Of a stretch of 64,000 bases of DNA, positions 33,348-44,300 are shown one piece after another; the first letter of the stretch is position 1; every line of letters begins with the position of its first letter. A program made the translations under genes and the position numbers. Source of the stretch: a virus; the IMG/VR virus record IMGVR_UViG_3300037418_001469; one strand, 5' to 3'. The notes under the pieces are model-generated. The model was not told the origin of the DNA. It saw only the letters and a list, made by a program, of their open reading frames with translations, and searched no databases.

Positions 33348-36300
33348 CTAATATTGTATGTATATATCTCCGTCTGACCCACCTGTAGGTGTAGCAGTTC
33401 CCCACTTTATAGTATCATTCACTGTAGCTACAGTATATCCATTTACGGTTACAGTACCTCCAAACGGATTTAACGAAAGATTAGCACTTGCACCATTATT
33501 TGCAACCTGTATTTCATTATTATCAAATCTCATGCTAATTCCTGAATCAACACCTATTTGGAATCCATGACTGGTACTAGTAAGTGAGGATATATCTCCT
33601 GCGTTCATTATATACCATCTTCCACCTTGGTCAGTGTTCATTCTTACATCACCGTTAGTGGAAAATAAGAGCTTCTCTACTCCGCCTACATTGATTGAGC
33701 CTGCTGAGTCAAATTCAAATGTTTTACCTGTGGTTGCATATGTAGAGTTTGTTGCGGAGTTCATACCAGTTCTAATAAACACACTATTATCAGATGTTAG
33801 ATATAGTTGTTCTGTTCCTGCTGTATTTCCAGTGCTTGCGGCTAAGAACCCGTCTACAAAAACATCAGCAGATTCACCTGCTCCTACTACAGTAAGTCCT
33901 CCTGCTCCAACCTTGACACCATATCCATTAACAGTTGGACCAAGAAGTTTTATTGCATTAACACCCTCAACATCAATACCTGTATTATAAGTAAAATTTA
34001 AATCGCCTGTCATTTTATTTACACCAGTAGTCTTGACTAGAGTACTATCGTTTCCTGCATGCCAAACATTATTTCCAACTACTTGTAAATTTCCTGCATT
34101 TAAAGTTTTGTTAACAGCAAAAGTAGAACCATCTCTTAGATTAAAAACACCACTTGAATCCAAAGCAAGTTGTCCTTGAACCCTGCCTCCCCAATGAAAG
34201 GCAAGAGCAGGTGCATAAGCATTTGAGCTTTGAGTAGTTGTGACATTATTGACTTCTCTTATCTCTATAGCTGATGTGTTATATGCACCAGAAGTGTCAG
34301 TTGCATAAAACTCATGATTTCCTGCAATTATAGCATCTATATCGCTTCTAATAAATTGAGATGAATCTAAGTTGTCAAGTTTATCTGAATCAACTGCCTT
34401 AGCACCTGCTTTTAGATAGCGAACATCAGTATCTTGACCTGAGTAATATAAATTTGTTGCATTTATTATTCCATTAGCATCTATCTTGTATGTTGAGTTT
34501 GGTGTTGTTGTTGCTATTCCAAGTGAACCACCACTACCATATAGAGTTGGACCTGTACTGCCTAGCTTAAGTGCTCCTACAGCAGTATTAGCTACACCAT
34601 ACAATCCCATAGTATTAGCAACATTTATATCCCACAGAGAAGATTCGTCACCTACTTGTATACTCTTAGTGTTGTTTCCAGGGGAGTATATTACACCAGT
34701 AACATTAACATCACCAGAGACATCTAGCTTGTAAGCAGGAGCCGAATTACCTATTCCTATTCTTCCGCCAGTTGTTAATGTCATTAAATCTAAGGCAGTA
34801 CTGTTCCAAAATCTTAAGTTCGAATTATCCCATCTGATTGTTTTAACACCATTTCCAGTTCCGATGGCTTGAAACACATCTCCATTAGACCTGCTTATAA
34901 TTGTACTATCTGCACCAATTACTCCTGCAACATCAAGACGATATGCAGGTGTCATTCCTAATCCTACATTTCCTTCTACATATAATCCGTTAGATGGGGC
35001 GCTGTTTGAATATGAAGATGAAACTACTAACGAGCCAACTTTCATGGATTGAGCAGTTCCAGTGTCAGTGTAAACATTTAAAAGGCTAGGAGAGTATATG
35101 TTATCTTGAACTCTGATATCCCCAACAACATCTAGTTTTTTAGTGGGTGTTGTAGTCCCAACTCCTGCACTTCCTTGCACATAAAGTCCATAGCTAGGTG
35201 CGCTATTAGAATAAGAGCTTGTTACTGCAAGCGAAGCCATTTTTACTGGCAATGCCCCTCCTGCATCATTTAAAAATCCAAGAGAAGATATGCCACTATA
35301 TATATTTCCACTTATTCTAGCGTCACCTTTTACATCTAAAAGTTTAAGTGGGCTTGTAGTCCCAATTCCCACATTTCCACCTGATAATAAAGTTAAAACA
35401 TCATTAGGTGTTGTGTTTCTTATGTGTAAATTTCCTGAGCCAAAATCTATATAAGCCTCTGAGTTATTGTGGTGTAATCTTAATCTATCTCCTGAGTCAG
35501 CATTGTTACCAATATAGATACTATCTCCATTGCGAAGTTTAATATTTCCTGCTACATCCAACATCTCAACAGGTGTGTCTGTGCCAACACCTACATGACC
35601 AACACCAGTAAATGAAATGTCAATATTGGCAGGATTAGCATTAGAACTAAATTGAGTGGAAGCAGGACCTCCTATGTACATTTTTAAGGTTGTGCTATTG
35701 TACTTTATACCTCCCCAAGTATTATAGTCCCAAGAATTTGAATCACCAAATCTAAGTTGGTTCAAACTTCTTATAGCTAGGTTTCCAGTGCTTCCAACAT
35801 TATCTATCGAAACACCATCTATCTTAATACCTGAGTCCGCACTCATAGAAGTGGTCATATTAAGTGGACCAGTAGTACCTATAGCTCCACCTGTTGCAAT
35901 AGTGAATTTACCGTTCATATAATTAAATTGACCATTAGTAGGTACATTGAGGGTAGCACCATTATTACCAACTTGAAAAGTTCCATCTGTTCTCATAGTA
36001 CCTGCGTTTTGATAAAATGACTTACTGCCAGTTGTACGAATCCAAGTTGTGTCAGTCATATTAAAACCGCCACCATATGTATCAAATGAAAGTGTATTAG
36101 AACTATATATGCCTATTCCACCACTTGCAGTTATCTTACCGCTAGCTGTCAAAGTGCCTTTCGTCCATGTATTCCCCGTAGAATCAACTGTAAGCCTATC
36201 AACATCACTTGTTCCCTGTATTCTAAAAGTACCTGCACTACCTGAGCCTGTTCCACCGATTCTAATTCTAGGGTCATTATTATACCAACCTAGATATGCA

Positions 36301-36725
36301 ACAGCGCTTGTATTAGTGGGATTTTGTGTTTGCAGGACACCGTTTGTGCGAACATCTCCACCGAACAATGTGTATTTACTACTGTTAGTATTGATTTCTA
36401 AATGGTCTACTGAGCTAGATACATCAATAAGACTGTATGAAGGTGTTCCGTTTATGGTTGTTATATATGCAGATTCGCTCCCACTAGAACTAAATACATC
36501 TAGTCTTTGGTTGTTTACTCCGTCATATATAATTACATTATTTCCCTGTGGGTCTATTCTTAAGTAACCAGTGTTTGCATTATCAGTAAGTACCGAATTT
36601 TTTAATGTTAGTGCTCCACCACTTATAGTTAAATTACTATTAATAGATTGTGAATTTGTGTCTGACTTTGATATAAAAGCGTTATTTAGATTGCTAGCTG
36701 TTAATAAGGTCTTCTTGCTTAACAT
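33348..36725 (-). CDS. Tail fibre protein (1125 aa)
   Basis: Repeated GNVGIGT..P...LDV.G modules, DSDKLDNLDSSQF, VWHAGN, C-terminal PTGGSDGDIYIQY. Confidence 0.85.
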   Translation of the reverse strand: MLSKKTLLTASNLNNAFISKSDTNSQSINSNLTISGGALTLKNSVLTDNANTGYLRIDPQGNNVIIYDGVNNQRLDVFSSSGSESAYITTINGTPSYSLIDVSSSVDHLEINTNSSKYTLFGGDVRTNGVLQTQNPTNTSAVAYLGWYNNDPRIRIGGTGSGSAGTFRIQGTSDVDRLTVDSTGNTWTKGTLTASGKITASGGIGIYSSNTLSFDTYGGGFNMTDTTWIRTTGSKSFYQNAGTMRTDGTFQVGNNGATLNVPTNGQFNYMNGKFTIATGGAIGTTGPLNMTTSMSADSGIKIDGVSIDNVGSTGNLAIRSLNQLRFGDSNSWDYNTWGGIKYNSTTLKMYIGGPASTQFSSNANPANIDISFTGVGHVGVGTDTPVEMLDVAGNIKLRNGDSIYIGNNADSGDRLRLHHNNSEAYIDFGSGNLHIRNTTPNDVLTLLSGGNVGIGTTSPLKLLDVKGDARISGNIYSGISSLGFLNDAGGALPVKMASLAVTSSYSNSAPSYGLYVQGSAGVGTTTPTKKLDVVGDIRVQDNIYSPSLLNVYTDTGTAQSMKVGSLVVSSSYSNSAPSNGLYVEGNVGLGMTPAYRLDVAGVIGADSTIISRSNGDVFQAIGTGNGVKTIRWDNSNLRFWNSTALDLMTLTTGGRIGIGNSAPAYKLDVSGDVNVTGVIYSPGNNTKSIQVGDESSLWDINVANTMGLYGVANTAVGALKLGSTGPTLYGSGGSLGIATTTPNSTYKIDANGIINATNLYYSGQDTDVRYLKAGAKAVDSDKLDNLDSSQFIRSDIDAIIAGNHEFYATDTSGAYNTSAIEIREVNNVTTTQSSNAYAPALAFHWGGRVQGQLALDSSGVFNLRDGSTFAVNKTLNAGNLQVVGNNVWHAGNDSTLVKTTGVNKMTGDLNFTYNTGIDVEGVNAIKLLGPTVNGYGVKVGAGGLTVVGAGESADVFVDGFLAASTGNTAGTEQLYLTSDNSVFIRTGMNSATNSTYATTGKTFEFDSAGSINVGGVEKLLFSTNGDVRMNTDQGGRWYIMNAGDISSLTSTSHGFQIGVDSGISMRFDNNEIQVANNGASANLSLNPFGGTVTVNGYTVATVNDTIKWGTATPTGGSDGDIYIQY

Positions 36726-36820
36726 ATATCACATGACCTCCTTCTTCTCATTCTTAAACTTACTTTCCTAGCTTTTATTATGCTCTTTCTGAAACTTGTC
36801 ATTATATGTATATATTTAAG

Positions 36821-36854
36821 AAAAAGACTCGCAAATTCGTCAGTAAGCGAGTCT
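36821..36854 (-). terminator. Rho-independent terminator
   Basis: AGACTCGC...GCGAGTCT followed by TTTT. Confidence 0.7.
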
Positions 36855-38084
36855 GTAAATACCTTTAGGGTAAAATGGTTGGTTGCTAATATACCAAGAT
36901 GCTATTTCTTCATCTGTTCTTGCTATCTTATCTATTCTAAGTTCGTCTATTGTTCCATTAGCAACTACGCCTTTGCTACTTCCACCATCCCCACCATCTC
37001 CGCCAACATACAAATTGTTTCCTGCTATTTGACCTAATGCCTGAGTGGAGGTAAAAGAACCTGCCAACACTCCATTTTTATAAATTTTCCAATCTGTATT
37101 TTTCCATGTAACAGTAATCATAATCCATTCATCTTGTGTGAATATTGAGCCTATACTCTTACTCGCTGACCATCCACTGTCAGAGTTCCCTTTTACATAC
37201 ACAGTAAAGCTATTAATAAAGTTCCATAGAGTAATCGAACTATTACCATAATAATCTCCTATTTGCAATAGTTTAGGTGAGTTAGATTGTGCTGTAACAT
37301 AAGAAGAGGGATAGTGTGGCTTATACCATAGTGAAACAGTTCCTTCGTAAGAATTAATATAGTCAGCAGGATATTTTAAAATCCCCAAACCTCTTGTTCC
37401 GTTCACATATGAAGTCGCAATTAATTTTTGTTCAATTTGAGGTGCTACCCAATCTACCATTATTGTTTCATTAGCTACTGCTGAAGGGTTTTTAAATGAC
37501 CAAAATTTATTATCTGTTCTATCTGCTATATCGTACCATTTGGAAACGCTTCTTCTCCAACCATCATTCTGTATATATGTTCCAACATCGGTCCATCCTG
37601 CTATATTTGATGCAGTTCCTCCAACTACAATATCACTTTTATTTACAGGTCTCCAATATATTGAAGCCATATATGTATTCCCTGAGTTGTAAGTTCTACT
37701 AGAACCAAACACTCCATGACTCCACATATCATTTTGCATAGATGTAACGGCATTAGCGGATATTGGTGTCATTGACAACCTATATACTGTTGCTCCCATA
37801 TATGTCTCATTTAAGGCAACAAGTGATGCTGTCATTTGACCATTAGATGCATAGTTGTTATATATATTATAAGCACCTGTCCATAAATTTGTTGTTCCTT
37901 CTTCTACTGCTATTCCACCACCAAATTTTCCATCTCTTAGTGTAGAAATATTAGAAGTTGGCTCTATTCCATATAAAACATCATTAGCAGTAATATCCAT
38001 ATGTCCAAGAAAAACAGTATTGTTATCAACTGGAATAATTCTATTTGATAATATTAAACTACTTCCACTGTGTGAATTAGACAC
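36840..38084 (-). CDS. LamG/concanavalin-A-like virion protein
   Basis: AVEEGTTNL, PQIEQK..ATSY, GTVSLW, W.MITVTW, IYKNGVL, GTIDELRI..ART.EEI. Confidence 0.8.
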   Translation of the reverse strand: MSNSHSGSSLILSNRIIPVDNNTVFLGHMDITANDVLYGIEPTSNISTLRDGKFGGGIAVEEGTTNLWTGAYNIYNNYASNGQMTASLVALNETYMGATVYRLSMTPISANAVTSMQNDMWSHGVFGSSRTYNSGNTYMASIYWRPVNKSDIVVGGTASNIAGWTDVGTYIQNDGWRRSVSKWYDIADRTDNKFWSFKNPSAVANETIMVDWVAPQIEQKLIATSYVNGTRGLGILKYPADYINSYEGTVSLWYKPHYPSSYVTAQSNSPKLLQIGDYYGNSSITLWNFINSFTVYVKGNSDSGWSASKSIGSIFTQDEWIMITVTWKNTDWKIYKNGVLAGSFTSTQALGQIAGNNLYVGGDGGDGGSSKGVVANGTIDELRIDKIARTDEEIASWYISNQPFYPKGIYRLAY

Positions 38085-38096
38085 TTCTCACACCTC

Positions 38097-39287
38097 CTAA
38101 TATGCATATGAGCGATAATCGTATGGATTGTAAAATGGTTTGCCTGAGATATACCAAGTACTTACTTCTTCTGCTGTTGGCATTTTTTTGTCTATCTTAA
38201 AGTCTGATAGTAATATATTTGGGTTTGCTCTTATTCCCGAGCCCAAATAGAATCCTGTTCCACTAGTATTATAGTAAGTTCCCCAATCAACAGGTGACGC
38301 TGTTGATGTTGATAGCACACCATTTATATAGACACCAAAAAATGTACTTTTATTCCAAGATACTACAACATGTGTCCACTTGTCATATAGATTAATAGCA
38401 GGTCTTAGCTGTGTTGAGCCTCCATCAGTTGCGTATGCTCTCACAAATGGGTCTAGAGTTGGAGTAATAAGAAAATCGAATCCGCCATCTATGCCTGATG
38501 AATAAACAGGGTTTGGATTATTGCCAGTGTCGCCTACACCATAAATCCAAAATGATACACAGCCTTCTAATGTGTTAATTACTTCTTTTGGATATTTTAG
38601 GAGCCCATTGTTTCTTGTTTTATTAGCGAAGGAGGTAGCGAATGGTAGTTTCTCTATTTGTGGGTCTGCTAGCTCAAATTTAGCTGTTTCATTAGCAGTA
38701 ATGTAGAAGTATGTGCCTCCTGATGTAATAGTAGGTGTCCATGTGTTTGTGATTCTTTTCCACTCCCCTATGTTCCCACTTACAACTTTTGAACTTCCCT
38801 GTGGATTCAAACCATTAGTGTCTTGTAGTATAATCGTTACATTATCTTCTGTCAGTTTTCTGCAATATATTGACCATGTGTATTGATTAGTATTTCCTGT
38901 TGTCCAAGTCGTAACACCATGATTATATTGTGCTACTTGCCAACCACTTCCTGTTGGAACTGCTTTTGATTCAAAATCAAATTGGGCAGAAGTAGTAAAT
39001 GGATTATCTAGTACAGTTACAGTTCCCTGATAGTTGTTTTTATTGATAGACCAATAGTTATCACCAACATTTGCTAGATTGTTGCCACTCATTTCCACTG
39101 CCACACCTCCCCCAAATCTACCTTCAAATGGTCGAGATGTATAAATTGCTCCTGCACTAGGCTCTATTAGATTCCCATATTGTATTCCTATCGCATCGTT
39201 ATTAAAATCAAAATGCGTAGAAGAAAAATCTACTGGTATCAAAGCATCTTTTAATATTAACTTACTACCTTTATGAGCATTAGACAC
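38097..39287 (-). CDS. LamG/concanavalin-A-like virion protein (paralog of 36840-38084)
   Basis: FGGGVAVE, PQIEK.PFATSF, GCVSFW, WTHVVVSW, YINGVL, WYIS.KPFY. Confidence 0.8.
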   Translation of the reverse strand: MSNAHKGSKLILKDALIPVDFSSTHFDFNNDAIGIQYGNLIEPSAGAIYTSRPFEGRFGGGVAVEMSGNNLANVGDNYWSINKNNYQGTVTVLDNPFTTSAQFDFESKAVPTGSGWQVAQYNHGVTTWTTGNTNQYTWSIYCRKLTEDNVTIILQDTNGLNPQGSSKVVSGNIGEWKRITNTWTPTITSGGTYFYITANETAKFELADPQIEKLPFATSFANKTRNNGLLKYPKEVINTLEGCVSFWIYGVGDTGNNPNPVYSSGIDGGFDFLITPTLDPFVRAYATDGGSTQLRPAINLYDKWTHVVVSWNKSTFFGVYINGVLSTSTASPVDWGTYYNTSGTGFYLGSGIRANPNILLSDFKIDKKMPTAEEVSTWYISGKPFYNPYDYRSYAY

Positions 39288-39313
39288 TTAAACTCCTCCT
39301 TTTATTTTACGTC

Positions 39314-39329
39314 TGCCCCCGAAGGGGCA
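39314..39329 (-). other. C(UUCG)G tetraloop hairpin
   Basis: TGCCCC-TTCG-GGGGCA on the minus strand, with no U-tract on that strand. Confidence 0.6.
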
Positions 39330-39333
39330 TTTA

Positions 39334-41376
39334 TTAATAAGCCTCAATGCTTACATCTACAATTACATCAGATTCACAAACATCATCTAATTCTATAGTT
39401 ACAGCATTTACTGTTTTATTTGTCCATCTAACATGTGGTTCAAAACTATTACAAGATAGCCTCACTGTATAATTGGAGATATTTTGATTGTGAGTCCATA
39501 CTATTGATGTAGTTCCTGTTGTAAATGTTAAGGATGTGTTTGTTCCGCTATTCTTTATTGGCTTACTAAATGCAATCGTTGGATTTGTTGATGTTACGGA
39601 GTTGTTTATGCTTAGTATACCATTTGCATTTAGATTTCCATTTGCTTGCGTAAACGGTTTCCATTCTCTTGTGTCAGTTATATGGATATTTTGTATGCTT
39701 CCTATGTTTTGAGGGACTAGAACTACTGCCAATTTAACAGCGTCAGCAGGGATGCTTGGCTCAGTAGGAGTTGATGCAGGAGTTCCTGTCGCAACAGTTA
39801 CAACTCCTTCATTTGCACCTGCACTAGAACCTTGCATATACACAACATCTTTTCTGTCATATGTAGCACTTGATGTAGCTAAAGATACATTTGTATTAGG
39901 ATATACAACTCTCATTCCGCTATTTGTATAAGCTGTTCCTGCGTTGACAAGCACTGTCATATTTGGTACTGTTTGTGCTACTACATTCATTCCAGTATAT
40001 ACACCCTTACCTGAAATTTCATATATGCTTTCATTCTTAGTTATGTACTTTTCTTTTACACCATTAACCATCTCTGCATTCAAGTTTGTTACAAGTGTTG
40101 TAGATGTTACAGAAATATTATTAGCAGTTACAGTTCCACTAAATTTAGCATTGCCTGATGCGTTCATGTAGACGGTAGTTCCTGCTAACTGGGTTGCATT
40201 ATCTCCTGCCAACTGAATAGCATTAGCACCACTTGTGGTTCTTACTATTAATGCTCCTGCTGTAGAAGAAGTTCCAACATATGCATTTCCACTCATTGTA
40301 AATCCTGTTAGAACTGATTGGTTTGTAGTGTTATTTGTAACATACTGAGAATGTGTATGGCTAAGGTCTACTGTTAGGTTTCCACCAGTATTTCTAGTCA
40401 CAGTCAAAGTACCATTTCCTCCTGCTGTTGAAGACAATCCAGTTACAAAAGTGTTGGTGTCTGTAGGAGTAACCCAAGTGTTGTCACCACGAAGAAATGT
40501 TGTGGCTGAACCGCCAGTAGGTATATGACCTCCTGCTCCTGTGTTTCCTGTGTGAGTTGCAAAAACACTGCTATCCAACTTATTTGCAGGAGTAAAATTA
40601 TTTGAGTGCCACACAGTATATCCACTAGAATTTAAGTCTGCTACAGAGCCGAATTTTAATTGACCAGTATTATCAATACCTAGAAATGCATTTGCACTTG
40701 TATGTACAAATTGCAAATTCACATTTGTATTGCTATTCCTTTGTAAAACCAAAGGTGTAGAACTTGAGCCTGAAACATTCAAAATGCCACTTAGTGTGCC
40801 ACCTTGGTCCGACCTTAAAAACTGACTTGAATCCAAATTATCTAGCTTATCAGAATCCACTGCTTTAGCATTGATACCTAAATACAATAAATTATGATTA
40901 TGAGACAAATCTATTGTTAAAGCAGTTAACCCACTTCTGTTTAGTGTTAATGTACCGTTTCCGCCATCTGTACTAGTCACAGAACTTACATAGTTATTTG
41001 TGTCTGTATCAGTTGGAGTTACCCAAGTTCCATCACCTCTTAGGAATGTTGTAGCAGTTCCTCCTGTAGGAATGTGTCCTTGCGAACCTATTTTGTTTTC
41101 ATGGGTATATGCCCAACCATTTGAAATGGGTACTGTTCCTCCATTAGCAGTAGTTCCATTTACGGTTAGAGTTGCACCGTTACCTTTTATTGTCCCTCCC
41201 GAGATTGTTCCAGTAGAAGTTACATTTGTTATTATTGCTGAATTTCCACTTATGATGTTTCCTGTTATGTTTCCTCCTACTAATAAATTAAAGGAGGAGG
41301 GGATAGAAGTATCCCCATTGACAGTTAGCTTACCATTTATCCTCACATCATTATCTATGTCATAGTATTTTGCCAT
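39334..41376 (-). CDS. Tail fibre protein (680 aa)
   Basis: Internal repeat GHIPTGG.ATTFLRGD.TWVTPTDT; DSDKLDNLDSSQFLRSD; VWHSNN. Confidence 0.8.
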   Translation of the reverse strand: MAKYYDIDNDVRINGKLTVNGDTSIPSSFNLLVGGNITGNIISGNSAIITNVTSTGTISGGTIKGNGATLTVNGTTANGGTVPISNGWAYTHENKIGSQGHIPTGGTATTFLRGDGTWVTPTDTDTNNYVSSVTSTDGGNGTLTLNRSGLTALTIDLSHNHNLLYLGINAKAVDSDKLDNLDSSQFLRSDQGGTLSGILNVSGSSSTPLVLQRNSNTNVNLQFVHTSANAFLGIDNTGQLKFGSVADLNSSGYTVWHSNNFTPANKLDSSVFATHTGNTGAGGHIPTGGSATTFLRGDNTWVTPTDTNTFVTGLSSTAGGNGTLTVTRNTGGNLTVDLSHTHSQYVTNNTTNQSVLTGFTMSGNAYVGTSSTAGALIVRTTSGANAIQLAGDNATQLAGTTVYMNASGNAKFSGTVTANNISVTSTTLVTNLNAEMVNGVKEKYITKNESIYEISGKGVYTGMNVVAQTVPNMTVLVNAGTAYTNSGMRVVYPNTNVSLATSSATYDRKDVVYMQGSSAGANEGVVTVATGTPASTPTEPSIPADAVKLAVVLVPQNIGSIQNIHITDTREWKPFTQANGNLNANGILSINNSVTSTNPTIAFSKPIKNSGTNTSLTFTTGTTSIVWTHNQNISNYTVRLSCNSFEPHVRWTNKTVNAVTIELDDVCESDVIVDVSIEAY

Positions 41377-41388
41377 CTATCTCACTCC

Positions 41389-44300
41389 TTAAAATTTATC
41401 GTAGGCTACTAATTCAACCCATCTAATACCAAGATTATTTCCAGTTGTTGCAAGCTTAGCTTGTATCTTACCATTACCAGTTGGTAAATCAGTGAAATAA
41501 GAGCTAAACCAATCTCTTCTTCCGTTTACTGCTCCCCAAGTGAGAGGTAAATCTAAGTCTTTGTCAGTTCCACCAGAAATTCTGATTGTTGCCTTTTGAC
41601 CCGCACTTGATTGAGTGCTATTGATGTCGTCAGAGTAAATTACATATAAGCGATAGTATCTAGTCGCACCTGATTTAACAGAAGGTAGAGCAAATGCACT
41701 TAAATCGTAGTAATCAACTATATCTTCAAATGTTATACTGTCAGTTTGGAATTGTAAATCGCCTGCTATGCCATAGATAGGTCTTCGGTGAACTTCTACA
41801 TATTTTCCAATTTCTTGTATTGAACCATTCTGAACTTTCAATGTGCCATTTACAGTTGTTATATCAGTACTAGCGTCACCTAATGTGCTATTTCCTCCAA
41901 CAATCAACTGACCATTTACTGTGTAATCACCGTTTACAGTTGTTGTACCACTATATGTTTGAACACCAGTTACAGTAAAGTCTCCTGCTATTGCAACTCC
42001 ACCTGAATAGTTTATTGAAAATAATTCATTTCCACTAGTGTTATTAACTTGGAATAGCTTAGTAGAGTTAGTAACATTGGCACTAGGTTGAATCTTAATG
42101 CCTAGTCCTGCAATATTAAATGTGTTGGTGTTCTTGAATATATTAGCTTGGCTTGCTTTTATATCTCCTGCATTTGTAACTGCTGTGTCTACTTCTGATT
42201 TTGTATAAATATTGCTATATAAGTCAGTAATTTGATTAGCAGAGTGAGTATGAGCCGAAGGTGTAAATGTAGAAGGTTTTCCTCCTAATTCCGACCAATC
42301 AACAATTCCCCATTGAGTAACCCCTGCTGTTGCAGTTGCTTTAAGCACATACTGATTATACCCTGTTCCATTAGCAGGAACATGCATATTTCCATCACCA
42401 GTTGGATGAATATAATTATTGGCACTTGTAGCTACAGTTCCTAGCTTATTAAAATCATTAAATGACATGAAGCCATGAGTGGTAGCATTAGCTAATGCGT
42501 GAGCAGAACCACCTGAGCCTGCGTGACCATTAAGAGTAGTTGTATTGAAGTTACCTGAGTGAATAACTAGATTTGAGCCAATATAGAATGTGTTTGGTGC
42601 TTTATAAAGTTCCAACCATTCAATTAGAGTCTCAGCAGTACCTGATGTATCGCCATAGTTGCCAATCATAACTAAGTCAAAATATTTAGCTTCGGGGTCA
42701 AACTTATTAGCAGAAGAACCAGAAGTAGCATTATATCCTGATATTGTAGCCTCAAAATACTGGGTATTACCCGATGCAATAGTTACACCAGTAGCGCCAA
42801 AGTAGTTATAAGACATTGCTTGGTCAGTCGATATAGACAAATAGTTGTTATCTAGTGAGTCAGCACCGATATAGAATGTGCCTGCACCACTCTTCTTTGT
42901 AACCTTTGCCCTAACAAAGTAGGTACTATCAGGGTCAATAGGCAATCTAGTCTTAACTTTAATCCAAGTGCTATTACCTGATAAAACAACTCCTCTGTAA
43001 GTTGAATTATAATATGCACTTCCACCACTCTTATAATAAATCAATGGTGTCCAATCGTTATTACCAAGAATTAAAGAATTACTTCCATGCTCCATTGATT
43101 TTCCGATTGTTGTACCATTCAGGTTGTTTCCTGACAACTTAGCATATATTCCATCAGCAGTAGTTTGGTTAATTGCATTGTCTTGGATTCTTAGTAGCTT
43201 ACCGTAGTTTGAACCATCAATAAATCCATTTGCTCCCCCACTTACCGCTACTGCGTGTGCGCTTCCTCCTGAACCTATGTGATTAGTAGTATTGGCACTT
43301 ACAGTTACGAAGCTAGCATTCAAATTAGATACATCGACACCATCTACAGTTCCCGTTACTGTGATATTTCCAGTTACAGATACATTTCCACTTGTGTTAA
43401 TAGCTTTAGCGTTTAATGTTCCAGTTAACTGTCCTCCATTAAGTGTTAAATACAAGTCATCATGCTTATGGTCTCCACGAGACAAGGTATTCGCAGTTCC
43501 ATAGTTGCCACTTGCACCTGCCCAATTTTCAATACTATTTAATAGCTCTAAGTTGTCTTCCCATATATGCAAGTCAGTTCCTAGTGGACCTGCACCAACA
43601 ATTATATTATGTCTTCCATGTTCATGAGTAGGGTGGTTTAGGTCTAGCTTGTGTTCTGAAATTCTAGCATAATTGCTAATATGCCAATCCATGATAGTAT
43701 TAGGCAAGATTTTCTCTGCCCTAACTGCTCCGTTTGCCAAGTGGTCATGTTGGATACCAGTTTTATGTGGCTGACTTCCGTTCCACTTTTCAATCTTATG
43801 AGCAGGGAATACATCAGCAGATTCAGACCTTCTCCAGTGTGTACTTAGTTTACCAGTTTCAAAGATTGAAGAAGTTACATATGCTGTACCTCTTTCCTCT
43901 TTAGAACCATCAGCATTGAGTTCAGTTCTTAATCTTACACGATATTTGATTGGCACTGATTTATCAGGAATACCAGTGTCAGGGTTTGTCCTTGGAGTGT
44001 CATATGCACCTTCTGTAGATTGTAATCCTTGACCTTGATACCATTTTGTTTGCTCAGAAACTACCTTGTATCTCTTAAACAATGTCGCAGAAGTGCTAGT
44101 GGGAATCAATAGAGATGAACGACTATTATATTGGAAGTCTTCAAAACGAAGCCTATCTAGTGTCACCTTGCCACTTTCTTGTCTGATAATTACCCTGTGT
44201 TTTCCTGCAACTACACCTTTCATAACATCTTCTTTAATGTTTTCAGATGGTGGGAACGACATAACATGTCTGTGTGCTACATTGTTTACGAATGGTGCTT

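Noticed and set aside
36726-36820. Sporulation-sigma promoter (CATATAAT / CATAATA) before the 1125-aa fibre gene
   Set aside because: The -10-like words have no correctly spaced -35 element in this AT-rich stretch
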